Origin: Parvularia atlantis | Lineage: Eukaryota | Reading direction: 5' to 3' | Assembly: GCA_943704415.1 (NCBI GenBank) | Contig: CALSCO010000901.1 | Span: 1 to 64,000 of the forward strand | DNA: 64,000 bases | Part shown: positions 23,965-34,622 of the stretch, one piece after another | How positions within the stretch are numbered: position 1 is the stretch's first letter | Layout of the letters: the number at the start of each line of letters is the position of its first letter | The notes under the pieces: generated by a model | Told to the model about the DNA's origin: nothing | What the model saw: only the letters and a program-made list of their open reading frames with translations | Databases searched by the model: none | Position numbers and translations under genes: made by a program

Positions 23965-24606
23965 TCACTCGGCCGAGGCAGCCGCCGCCGCGGCCGCGCC
24001 GCCAGACGACTTCTTCATCGCGCCGGTCTTCTTGGGCAGGAGGACCTGAGGCGCGCAAGGGCATCAGCGCGGCTGACGGTCGCGCGCAGAGGGGGGGGGG
24101 GGGGGGGGGGGGCCGGCGCACCTGGTGGATGTTGGGCAGGACACCGCCCTGGGAGATGGTGACGTGCGCGAGCAGCTTGTTGAGCTCCTCGTCGTTGCGG
24201 ATGGCCAGCTGGAGGTGGCGCGGGATGATGCGCGTCTTCTTGTTGTCGCGCGCGGCGTTACCGGCCAGCTCGAGGATCTCGGCCGTGAGGTACTCGAGTA
24301 CGGCGGCGAGGTAGACGGGCGCGCCCGAGCCGATGCGCGTGGCGTAGTTGCCCTTGCGCAGGTGGCGGTGGAAGCGCGAGACGGGGAACTGCAGGCCGGC
24401 CTTGGCCGAGCGGCTCGTCGTCTGCGCGGCCGGGTCAGCACGCGCGCGCCGCGGCGGGTCTCTCGCTTCAGGCGCGCCTTGCCCGACGCCGTGCGCTTCT
24501 TGGTCGGGTCGAGGCCGGCCTCGCGTGTCAGCCGCGCGCCCTCCTTGGCCGTGTCCATCATCGTGCGGTTGCGCGCCAGCTTTGACGGGGTGCCCTTGGC
24601 CGACAT
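23965..24606 (-). CDS. Histone H2A with atypical extended N-terminal tail, 2 introns
   Basis: [60 protein letters not shown]...[19 protein letters not shown] intron 24422-24477. Confidence 0.95.
24091..24112. repeat. Poly-G (poly-C on the sense strand) homopolymer in H2A intron 2
   Basis: 22 consecutive G. Confidence 0.9.
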
Positions 24607-24799
24607 GGCTGGCTGGCTGCTGACCGGGTGGTGGTGGTCGCGTGTGCCTGCGGGCGAGTGGCGCGGGCGTCAGTTGAAGCCCGTTTGGCGCGCGCGCGCG
24701 AAAAGCGGTTAGTTGCCGCCACATCCGTCTGCGCCCTGCAGAGCCCCGCGCGTGATGGTGGCGGGATGCGCTCACATCCCGCGGCGCGCGCGCAGAAGG

Positions 24800-25088
24800 A
24801 TGGCCGACAAGGCCGTGTACGGCTCGGTCGTGCGCGGCGGGCTCAAGCTCAAGGGCGCGGCGGGGCCGGCGGCGGCGGGCAAGAAGGCCGCGCCGGCCGT
24901 GCCGGTCGTGCCGTGCGTCCTCGGCATCGCGCGCGCACGCGTGAGACCGATCGCGCGGCGCAGGCCCGAGAAGGTCCGCGAGGCGCTCGACAGCGGCGGC
25001 GCGGCGCCCGGGCTGCCCGTGCCGATCAAGAAGATTGTCGACAAGACGCCGGCCGAGCTCGCGTACGAGGAGATGATGCGCAAGCGGG

Positions 25089-25120
<32 letters not shown>

Positions 25121-25336
25121 AGATGCAAAACGACGCTCACCGTCTGCGCGCGCGTGCAGCAAGAGAAGCGCGTGGAGAAGATCGCGGCCAAGTCGCACAA
25201 GCAGAAGGTGGAGGAGTACAACGCGTACCTGGACAAGCTATCGGAGCATCACGACATCCCGCGCGTGCGTCACCCCGCCGCTCGCGCCCGCGCGCCGTCT
25301 CACACCACCGCGACGCCGCAGGTCGGCCCCGGATAA
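24800..25336 (+). CDS. FAM32A: FAM32A splicing factor homolog
   Basis: GGLKLKG...KTPAELAYE...[29 protein letters not shown]. Confidence 0.9.
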
Positions 25337-25400
25337 CGCGAGCGCGCGCGTCACCTGTGTGCTCAGCAAATGGGGCCAAAAGAAAACAGCAGCACACGCC

Positions 25401-26435
25401 TCACTCGTACGGCCCGTTGAACTGCTCGGCCGCGACGATGCGCCCGTCGCGCACGCGGAAGAGCGTGAAGGCGCCCAGGACGTTGCGCGGGACGCGGTCG
25501 GTCACGTGGCCCTTGAGGCAGTCGGTCTCCCACTGCCCAAAGCCCTCGAAGCCGGCCTCGTCGAACGCCGTGCCCTCGAAGAAGCGGTGGAGGTGGCCCG
25601 CGATCACGCCGCGGTACCGGTCGAGCGGCATGGACGCGCGCAGGACCTCCTGGATGCGCGCCTTCTCGTTGCGGTCAAAGCCGTAGATGCGGTCGGGCGC
25701 GTAGAACTGGAGGCGGTACGGGTGGTGCTGCAAGAAGACGATCTCGGTCACGTTGCGCGCGTACAGCTGCGGCAGCGTCCTCGCGAGCCAGTCGAGCGTC
25801 CCGCCGGGAAAGTCGTGCAGGTCCGCCCACGGGCCCACACCGCGGTCGACGTACTCTGGCCGGTACGGCGAGCGCCGCGTGTTCCAGTCGAGTCCGACGA
25901 GGGCCAGGCCGGCGCCGTCGGTCTGGACGACAAAGTTCTGGAAGCGGCTGGTGATGTTGTACTGCGGGTTGAACGTGGGCGGGGCCTTGGCCGTGACCTC
26001 GACGCCCGGGCCGACCTCACCCGCAAACTTGTCGTCAAACGTCTGCTCGAACGTGAGGTCGCCGGCGGGCGAGTCGGTCGTGTTGTAGTCGGTGTACTCC
26101 CACACGTCGTGGTTGCCGAGCACGGGCAGGTACGGCACGTCGAGCAGGTCGAGCACGTCGCGGCACGTGCGATACTCCTGCAGCTCGGCGCTGTCGGTGA
26201 GGTCGCCGGTGATGAACGCGAAGCGGACGCGCTCGGGCCCGGCGAGCTCGTTGATCTTGGCGATGCCGGCCTTGGCGTGCGCGTTCGAGTAGCGCTCCGA
26301 GCCGTCGTACGCGGGCATGCCCTCGCCAATGTGCACGTCCGACAGCACCACGAACGAGTAGTCAAACTCCTGCGCGCGCGCCGCGGCGGCCGCGAGTGCC
26401 GCGACGAGCAGCAGTAGTACGGTGGCACGTGCCAT
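25401..26435 (-). CDS. Secreted calcineurin-like metallophosphoesterase, intronless
   Basis: Signal peptide MARATVLLLLVAALAAAAARA; SDVHIG, ITGDLTD, LGNHD, QHHP, AGHLH motifs in one uninterrupted ORF. Confidence 0.85.
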   Translation of the reverse strand: MARATVLLLLVAALAAAAARAQEFDYSFVVLSDVHIGEGMPAYDGSERYSNAHAKAGIAKINELAGPERVRFAFITGDLTDSAELQEYRTCRDVLDLLDVPYLPVLGNHDVWEYTDYNTTDSPAGDLTFEQTFDDKFAGEVGPGVEVTAKAPPTFNPQYNITSRFQNFVVQTDGAGLALVGLDWNTRRSPYRPEYVDRGVGPWADLHDFPGGTLDWLARTLPQLYARNVTEIVFLQHHPYRLQFYAPDRIYGFDRNEKARIQEVLRASMPLDRYRGVIAGHLHRFFEGTAFDEAGFEGFGQWETDCLKGHVTDRVPRNVLGAFTLFRVRDGRIVAAEQFNGPYE

Positions 26436-26990
26436 CACCAAGTGGACGCCATTATTGAACGCGCCTGCGAACTTTGCGACGCTCGTGTACGACGCTCGTG
26501 TACATCGGCTTCGCCAATCCTGCCGGCGCGTTCTACGCGAGCAGCCGCGACCTGGCCGCGCTCGTGATGGAGCTGCTGTGCTTCGGGCCGGCGCCGGCGT
26601 CCGGTGCGACACGCTCCGGCGCATGCTCCAGTCGACCGCGTTCGTGTCGGTGTCAGGCTTGGAGCTGCTCTACCTCTCGGGCTACTTCGTGTGGCTCAAG
26701 GCGCCGCGGGCACAATTGAGGGATACTCGTCCATCATCGCCGTCGTGCCCGAGCTGCAGCTGGGCGTGACGATCGCCTTCACCGGCGGCGCGGACATGAT
26801 CGGCCTGCGCAGCTGCTCCAGTCGTCAGGCCTGGAGGAGATCCAGCCGGGCCCCACCCCCGTCGCCTGAGCCGGCGCTGTACTACGGCGACTACGGCGAC
26901 CCAGAGCTCGGTACGGCCCGCATCTGCGAGAGCGCGAGGTCCAACGGCGTGCTGCAGGTCAACGGCGCCCCGCTGAGCTGCCCACGGGCT
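26436..26990 (+). pseudogene. Frameshifted remnant of a beta-lactamase-family serine hydrolase (LACTBL1-like C-terminal half)
   Basis: IGFANPAGAFYASSRDLAAL, DTLRRML and GTIEGYSSIIAVVPELQLGVTI lie in three different frames with no intron signals between them; a 13-bp tandem duplication (26478-26503) causes one shift. Confidence 0.6.
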
Positions 26991-27078
26991 GTACGCCTTG
27001 TCGTTTGCATGTCTTTACGCGAGCAAAAGCAAAGAAAGCACAAGGGGGAAACACCGCGCGTGTGCGCGCGCGCCCCGC

Positions 27079-27241
27079 TCAGAACTGCTGCAGCGTGCGC
27101 TTGATGATGTCGAGGCACTCGAGCATCTGCGCCTCGGTCAAGACCAGCGGCGGCGCGAAGCGGATCGTCTCGTTGTGCGTGGGCTTGGCGAGCAGGCCGT
27201 TGTCGCGCAGCGCGAGGCACACGTCCCAGGCTGCGCGTGGG

Positions 27242-27292
<51 letters not shown>

Positions 27293-28768
27293 CGGGGCGC
27301 GCCAAGGCGGGCAAACGGCGCACCGGTCTTGCCGCCGCGCGGCGCGATGACGATCGCGTCCAGCAGGCCACGCCCGCGCACGAGCTTGAGCATGTCGTGC
27401 TTGAAGCCCGATAGCTCGGCGCGCAGCAGCTGGCCCAGCTTCTCGGCATTCTCGGGCAGGCGCTCCTCGACGAGCACTGCACGGCGGGCGCAGTTTGAGC
27501 ACCAGGCGCGCGGGCGCGGGCGCACGCGGCGCACCCTCGAGCGCGGCCATGGCCACACGGCAGCCGAGCGGGTTGCCACCAAAGGTTGAGCCGTGCTGGC
27601 CGGGCTTGAGCGTGAGCATGACCTGACGCGCGAACGCGCATGGCCGTGAGCAGGCACGGCCAGCGGGTCGCACGCGCGCACGCGCACCTCGTCGCGCGTG
27701 AGCACAGCCGAGACGGGGTACACGCCGCCCGAGAGCGCCTTGCCGAGGACGACGATGTCGGGCTTGATGTCGTCGTGGTCGCTGGCCAGCTGCGTGCGTG
27801 CGTGCGCGCGGGTGAGCGGTGCACACACACAAGCGCGCGACGGAGGGGGTGGCGCACCAGCTTGCCCGTGCGGCCAAGGCCGGTCTGGACCTCGTCGGCG
27901 ATGAGCAGCGCGTTGTGCTTGCGGCAGAGCTCCTGCGCCTTGCGCATGTAGCCCGTCTGCGGCACAATCACGCCGGCCTCGCCCTGGATCGGCTCGACCA
28001 TGAACGCGCACACGTTCGGGTCCTTGAGCGCCTGCTCTGTGGTTCGGCACGCGGGGTCAGGGCGGGCGTGTCGGGCGGTGGCAGGCCGAGGGGATGCGCA
28101 CCGAGCGCGGGCAGGTCGTCGTAGTTGATGATCTCAAAGCCCGGCATGAGCGGGCCAAAGTTGTTGAAGCTGTTGGCGTCGGTCGAAGACGAGATGGCCG
28201 ACATGGTGCGGCCCCAGAAGTTGTTGCGGGCGAAGAGCACCTTGGCCTGGTTCTTGGGGATGCCCTTGACCTCGTAGCCCCACTTGCGCGCGAGCTTAAC
28301 GGCGGTCTCGCCGCCCTCGACGCCCGTGTTCATCGGCAGGACGCGGTCGTAGCCGAAGAGCCGGCACACGGCGCGCTCAAACTCGCCCAGGACGTTGTTG
28401 TGGAACGCGCGCGAGGTCAGGGTGAGGGTCTGAGCCTGCTGGATCAGCGCGCCGACGATTTTGGGATGGCAGTGGCCCTGGTTGACGGCCGAGTACGCGC
28501 TCAGGAAGTCGTAGTAGCACTTGCCGCCCACGTCCCACACGAACGGGCCCTCGCCGCGCGCGAGCACGACCGGCAGCGGGTGGTAGTTGAACGCGCCATA
28601 GCGCTGCTCGAGCGCCAGGTACTCATCCGCGCTCGGCTGGCGCGGCTTGGCGGGCGCGGGCGGGGCGACGGCGGCGGCGACGGCCGTGGCGAGCGGGCGC
28701 GCGGGGGCGGCGGCGCGCGTCACGGCGGCCTGGCGGGCGGGGGCGAGGCGAGAGAGGCGGAAGGCCAT
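27079..28768 (-). CDS. OAT: Ornithine aminotransferase, mitochondrial
   Basis: [97 protein letters not shown]-terminal presequence. Confidence 0.97.
27244..27290. repeat. (GT)n microsatellite inside an OAT intron
   Basis: Perfect GT dinucleotide run. Confidence 0.95.
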
Positions 28769-28866
28769 GACGCGGTCATGCACTGCGGGGGGTTCTGACG
28801 CGTGGGAAAGTTCCGCACCTTGACGTCTTCCCAGCATGGCTGACAGCGACTTTCGAAACTGTCATC

Positions 28867-29696
28867 ATGGACGACCTGTCACCGTACTGGTCGCTGGACG
28901 CGCTGCTCGCGGACCAGCAGGTGGCTCGGCCGGGCGCTGGCGGCACAAAGGCTGAGACGCGCGTGCGCGCACGCCCCGATCGGCACCAGAAAGTGCCATG
29001 CCTGTTCCCCACAGGACACAACGACGCCGGGCACCTGCTCACGGGCGACGATGAGGCGGCGCAGGTCGCGCCCGGCGCGCGCATCGAGCTGCCGCTGTGG
29101 ATGGCGCGCGAGCTGGCAACACGGTGCGGGCGCGCGCGCGCGCGCACGTGCATCGTAGCTCACGTGGCGTGCAGATCATTCGTCGCGCTCGAGACGCCCA
29201 AGGTGTTTGGCGAGCGTGTGCGCCAGAGCCTCATCGCCGACGCGCGTGTCGTCAACCTGCAACACGTCTCGCCTTTATTCTACCAGTTTGGCGAGCGGCT
29301 GTACCAGCTGTGCGTACTGCCGGCGCACCACCTGCAGCCAACGCGCAGCACGCACCGTGCACCGCGCCACCGCGCAGCAAACCCGACGAGCGCCTGATGG
29401 AGATGCTCCGCGACGCCTTCACGCTCCGCCTCGAGCTCGTCGTCGACCTCGCGCGCAACTCGTACAACCAGGACATGTCGTCCGTGACGCAGCGCCTCGA
29501 CAGCACCGAGATGGAGCGTGCGTGTCGCGGCTGGCTGGCACCGTACGAAGGCTCACGGCCCCCCCTGCGCGCAGTCTTCGCGCTCGGCAAGGAGGCCGCG
29601 GCCGCATTCCAGCGCTGGAAAGACCGGCGCGCGCACACGATCCGCGCGTCGGACGCGGCCGTGGGCACGCGGCGCAAGCGCAGCCTCACGGGGTGA
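28867..29696 (+). CDS. GINS3: GINS complex subunit Psf3
   Basis: YWSLDALLADQQ|KVPCLF...ARIELPLWMA...LIADARVVNL....FYQFG...FTLRL...LDSTEME. Confidence 0.9.
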
Positions 29697-29797
29697 CCCG
29701 CTCACGTGTACAGACGAAAAGACTACGCCCCGATGTGCGTGCCCGTGCCCAGCAGGCGCTCGTGGTCGCGCAGGCTCATGTGCTGGCGCGCGTGGGG

Positions 29798-29859
29798 CTG
29801 ATGCGCGTCCGTGTTGCGCTCCTCCTCCTGATGCGCGTCCGTGTTGCGCTCCTCCTCCT
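29798..29859. repeat. Perfect 30-bp tandem duplication (2 copies)
   Basis: CTGATGCGCGTCCGTGTTGCGCTCCTCCTC x2, just upstream of the CUE gene start. Confidence 0.9.
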
Positions 29860-29885
29860 CGGCAGTGACGTTCGAGCCTCGAAAC

Positions 29886-30826
29886 ATGGACACGCTGACG
29901 CTGCTCGCGGCCTGGGTGCTGCTGTTCGTGCTCGGCCGGTGGCTGCTGCGCGTGCTCTTCCCGGCGCCCGGGGCGGGCGCGCACGCGCCGGGCCAGCAGG
30001 GCGTGTTTGCGATGGGCGCGGCGGTGCGTGGGCGCGAGCTGACGCCGCGGTTGGTGCGTGACACGTTCCGCATCTGCACACGAGCATCCGCATCCGCAAC
30101 CTCGCTGACGCGGTCTCGCCGCAGCGCGAGGACGCCAACGAGCTCGCCATCATCTTCCCGCAGATCTCGCGCCAGGCGATCGAGGCCGACCTGCGCCGCA
30201 CGGGCAACCGGCACGTCACCGCGGCCAACATCGCCGAGGGGCGCGTGCTGGTGCGCGGATGCTTGCGCGGATGATCGGTCGGCCCCACAGCGTGACCACC
30301 GCGACGCACAGCAACCGCGCGCGGCCGACGAGACCCCGGCGGGCATCCCCGCACCGACGTCGCCGTCGTCGTACTTGACGCTGCTGAAGCGTGTGCAGCA
30401 GGCGAGCGAGCCCGTGCCCGAGCCGCCAAAGGTGCGACCCTTCGCCGTCTGCGCGCGCGCGCACGAGGCCCACCGCGCTTGTGTTCGCGCACAGGTCTGG
30501 TCGACCAACCCGGACGAGCGCGAGACGCTCCTGGCCAAGCGCAAGGAGTTCATGCTGCAGCAGGCGCGCGCGTGCGTCCGCTCGCATCGAACCGCTGCGC
30601 GCACATGCGCCTGACTCGCTTCGCGAGCAGCAAGTTCCTCACCAGGCAGCAGCAGCAGCAGACAGCAGGGGCGGCTGGGGCGGCCGCACCGCCGTTACCC
30701 GGGCCGCAGCAGCCGGAGCCCGAGCCGCCCAGCGCGCCCGACTCGCTCGAGCAGCGGCGGCAGCGGGCGAGCGAGGCCGCGCACGCGAGGCGGCTGGCGC
30801 ACATGTCGACGACGCCGATGGAATGA
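29886..30826 (+). CDS. Cue1-like ERAD factor: N-terminal TM, CUE domain, Ubc7/UBE2G2-binding region
   Basis: MDTLTLLAAWVLLFVLGRWLL; ELAIIFPQISRQAIEADLRRTGNRHVTAANIAEG (CUE); WSTNPDERETLLAKRKEFMLQQAR..FL (G2BR-like). Confidence 0.75.
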
Positions 30827-30879
30827 GAGCGCTCTGTTTCTTTTTTTTTTTTGTGCTGGCGACACACGGCGCGCGCGCA

Positions 30880-33086
30880 TCACTTGAACCCGACCTGGAT
30901 CAGCTCCTCAAACTTGTTGACCTGCCGGATGAAGTAGTCGGCGTAGCGCGGCGCCTGCTTGGTCTCGGTGATGTGGATCGAGTCCTGCGCCGCGCCGCGT
31001 CAGCCAGCCGCAGGCACGCGTCGGCACGCGCGCGCACCCCGGAGATGTAAAAGTTGAGGTCGGTCTGCGACGAGAACTGGCCGTCGATCGGCCTCCCCTG
31101 CACCCAGGTCATCATGCGCGTCTTGTGCTTGTACGACATGAGCAGCGACCTGGGCGTCCGGGCGTGAGCCGCCAACGCTAGCACGCAGCGCACGCCCGCG
31201 GATTGCGCACCGGAAGTCGTCCTCGGGCATGCCCAGGAACGACGCGAGCTTGGTCACGGACATGGTCGTGTACAGCTTGAGGTAGCTGCGGATGGTCGGG
31301 ATGAGCAGCTGCTCGCGCGCCTCGCGCAGGAACAGCTTGAGCTGATACTTGAACGGCTCCTGCACGCCGCAAGCACGGTTAGCACGGCACGCTTGAGCGC
31401 GCGCGCGGGGTGCGTGTGCCTTGTCGTAGCTCGCGCCCGTGCCGAGGTCGTAGTTGGGCGGGCACGGCGAGATGAACTTGGGGCAGCCGAACGAGAACCA
31501 CTCCTTAAAGTTGCCCTCGTTGCCGCTGCGGCGCGCACGCAGGTCAGCCTCGCCTTGTGCAGCCCCGTGCACGCACCTCTGCAGCACCTCGTCGATCTTA
31601 TCGCCGTGGCGCTCGCGCAGGTTCGCCTCGACCGTGTCGTCGACGCGCTGCGGGCACAGGCTCACGCAGATGGCGAGGAGGGCGTACATCTGGTCGGTCA
31701 TCTTGAGGAACTGTGTGTGTGCGCGTGCGCGCGCGCGCGTGGTCAGCCACGCGCGCGCCACAATCGAGCGCGTGCACCTGGTCGTACTGGTACGAGCGCG
31801 TGTGGTACTGCTTCGTGCTCGAGATGAAGTACAGGATGTGCGAGAAGGCCGATGCGGCGTCGCGGTACCGGCGCGTCATCACGTAGGCAAAGCCGACGTA
31901 GTAGAACGTGGTGATATGGCACGCGGTCACGCGGCTAAAGATGCCCTGCGCCCGCGAGCCGCGTCAGCCCGCCTGCGCAGCCCCGGCGAGCGCGAAGCGG
32001 TGCACCTTCTTGTGCAGCTCGATGTTGTCGAGCATGCGCAGTGCCAGGTTGTAGTCGCCCAGCAGGCAGTGCAGGCGCAGCAGGCCGATGATCGAAAAGT
32101 AGCCGAGCATCTTGTACAGCGGGCGCACGCCAAACTCGCCGGCAACGGAGCTACGTTGCGCGTACATGAGCGAGGCCCGCCTAGGCCGCCGGGGCAATGC
32201 GCACTTCATGTCCTCGCCATCCTTGCCGGCGAGCAGCTGCGCCTGGATGTTGGACTTTTCCGCGAGCGAGTGCAGCACGTTGAGCACACTGTGCACGTTC
32301 CACTGCGGCGTCTGTGCGTGCCCGCGCGCGCCGCCTGCGTCAACATTCCCCGCGCGCCCGCGGCCAGCCGGCGACCACGTGCCGCCGGGTTGCGCAGCGT
32401 CTCGAGCTCCTCCTCCGTCTTGCCCTTGAGCCGCGCGCGGTACTGGCAGAACTCCTGGAACTGGTAGATAAACTCGTCGATGATGTCCCACAGCCACGCG
32501 TTGGGCAGCTCGAGCGGCACGGGCTCGTCGGCTGCGCGCGCCGTCAGCTCTCGCGCGCGTGTGTGTGCGCGCCTCAAACGGACCGAGAATGAAGCTGAAG
32601 AGGTCGTCGTAGTTTGCGAACGACTCGAGGCGATGCGCCAGCGTCGGCTGCAGCTTGGCGTAGATGTGCCGGTAGTACAGCTCCTTGTACAGCATGAGGA
32701 AGACCGGGTCTGGCGGCCCGGTCAGCCGCCGCGGCGCCCAGCGCGTGTCGCGCACCGTACTCGACCAGCGGCGCGATCACATCGGCCGCGGGCCACGGCG
32801 CGTCGGTGAAGAAGCGGTCAGTCAGCTTGTTCCACGACGTCTCGTACAGCGCGCTGATCTCGCCCACGTTGCGCTCGGCCACGTTGTGGTAAAAGGTCTC
32901 GATGAAGCGCTTGACGGCCCCGTCGAGCGCCGGCGTGTCTGCGGCATCGGTCAGGTCCCCTCCGGCACGTGCGCGCAGCAGCGACGCCGCACCGCCGCCC
33001 GCCGCGCCGCCATCGCCGTCAAAGTCGTCGCCGTCGCGCGTCGCGACCAGGTCGACGTCGTACGCCACCGTCTCGTACAGCGCCAT
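30880..33086 (-). CDS. EIF3L: Translation initiation factor eIF3 subunit L
   Basis: LYETSWNKLTDRFF...PWP, LYKELYYRHIYA, LELPNAWLWDIIDEFIYQFQ, LGYFSIIGLLRLHCLLGDY, CPKFISP, RSYLKLY, YADYFIRQ. Confidence 0.96.
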
Positions 33087-33157
33087 GCCGTCAACCACGT
33101 GGCCCAGGCAGAAAGTGAAGTGTGTGCAGGCCTACAGGACACTTGTCGTTTGAACGC

Positions 33158-34594
33158 TTAGCGCAGCTCCTTCTTCTTCTTGGGCTTGCGCAGCGCCTCC
33201 TCCTCGCGCCGCCGCATCTCCTCGTCCAGCTTGCGCTTGCGCTCGGCGATCAGCGCGTCCTCGCTCAGCGGCGGCGGCGCGGGTGCGAGCGGCGCGGCGG
33301 GGGCGGGGGCGGGGGCGGGTCGACGCGCGGCGGCATTGGGTGCGGGCGCAACCGACATGGACAGCGGCAGCGGCACCGGCGGCGGTGAGTCGGGTGCGTG
33401 CACGGGCGAGGACGAGCGCGGGTTGCTCGCGCGAGGCGGCGACGACGTCAGCAGCGGCGCGCGCGCTCGGAACGGCGCGACGTCCCTGCTCGCGCACACG
33501 TCGCGTCAGGGCCTACACCGCGCGGCTCGGGCGCGCGACGCACGGCTGCGAGAGCGAGAGCGAGAGCGACGACGAGTGCACATCCGTCTGCGTCGCACTC
33601 AGCGGCTCGTCCGGGTGTGTCGCGTGGTGCACGAGCCGCGCCAGCACCGCGCTGTATAGCTGCCCAAAGCCGTCGTCCGCAAACAGGCTGTCGGCCGGGG
33701 CGAGGGTCGCGCGCTTGGCGAGCGCCTCGACGCCGAGGTAGTCGTCGCGCGAGAACACCTTGCGCTTGGCGCGTATGCCTGCGCCACGTGCTCAGCGGAC
33801 GAGGCACAGAGAACGCACGCGCGCACGCCGCAGGATGTCCGGGTCCACCGTCGCCTTGTCCAGGCGCTCGCCCACCTCCCTCAGGCGGCCCTCGAGGTCC
33901 TCCACCAGGCCGACCAGCTTGGCGACCGCGTGCCGCTCGGCCTGGTACAGCCCAATCAGCGGCACAATCACCTGGCTGCGCAGCAGCGCCGCGCCGTCGG
34001 CCAGTGGCAGGCGTCTGTCGACGCGCGCGCATGCGAGCGTTGGCGGCGGGCACGGTCGTCGTTGCGGGGCCTGCACGGACCGCGCGCGGAACGTCCACTT
34101 GAGCGTGATCTTGCCCGTGTTGACCGGCAGAAACACGAGCAGCTCCTCGGCGCGCTCGTCAAATGCATGCAGGGGCGGGTCCTGCACGGTACGCCACTCA
34201 GCCGGCGGCACAGCGCAGCGCGCGCTGCGGCACCGTCTGCAGCTCGCCCTTGTGCCGGTGGAGCCACGAGTCCTGCAGCAGCGCGACGAGCTTGCCCGGC
34301 TGCATCGTCGACGACGGCCAGATTTGCTGCACGAGGCGATCATCCGCACGCGTCACCCCCCTCCACCGTGCGCAGTGCGCGCACCGCGAGCGTCTGGCGC
34401 AGGTCGCTCGCGTCGCTCTCGAGGACCCACACCGACGCGAGATCCGTAACGGTCATCCGCACGAGCGCGTCGCCCCCGTCGCCGCCGCCCACCGTCCCGC
34501 CGCCCGCGCCCACGGCCGCGCCCGCAAAGTGCGCCTTGGCCAGCAGCATCACGGGCGCGTGCGGCGCGAGCGGGTGCCACGGTGCAGTCTCCAT
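33158..34594 (-). CDS. NHEJ1: XLF/Cernunnos (NHEJ1)-like end-joining factor
   Basis: PWHPL...LLAKAHF...VTDLASVWV...LKWTF....LLRSQVIVPLIGL coiled coil...QLYSAV and a basic C-terminus KPKKKKELR resemble XLF (PWAWL, LLAKVF, VSDLQQVW, FYWNF, HLIRPLMGM, basic Ku-binding tail). Confidence 0.65.
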
Positions 34595-34622
34595 AACAAC
34601 GGTTTTGTTCCGTCACCCTATT

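Noticed and set aside
29798..29859. 30-bp direct repeat as a CRISPR array or transposon footprint
   Set aside because: Two adjacent copies with no spacer, no cas or transposase gene, eukaryotic context; a simple tandem duplication.
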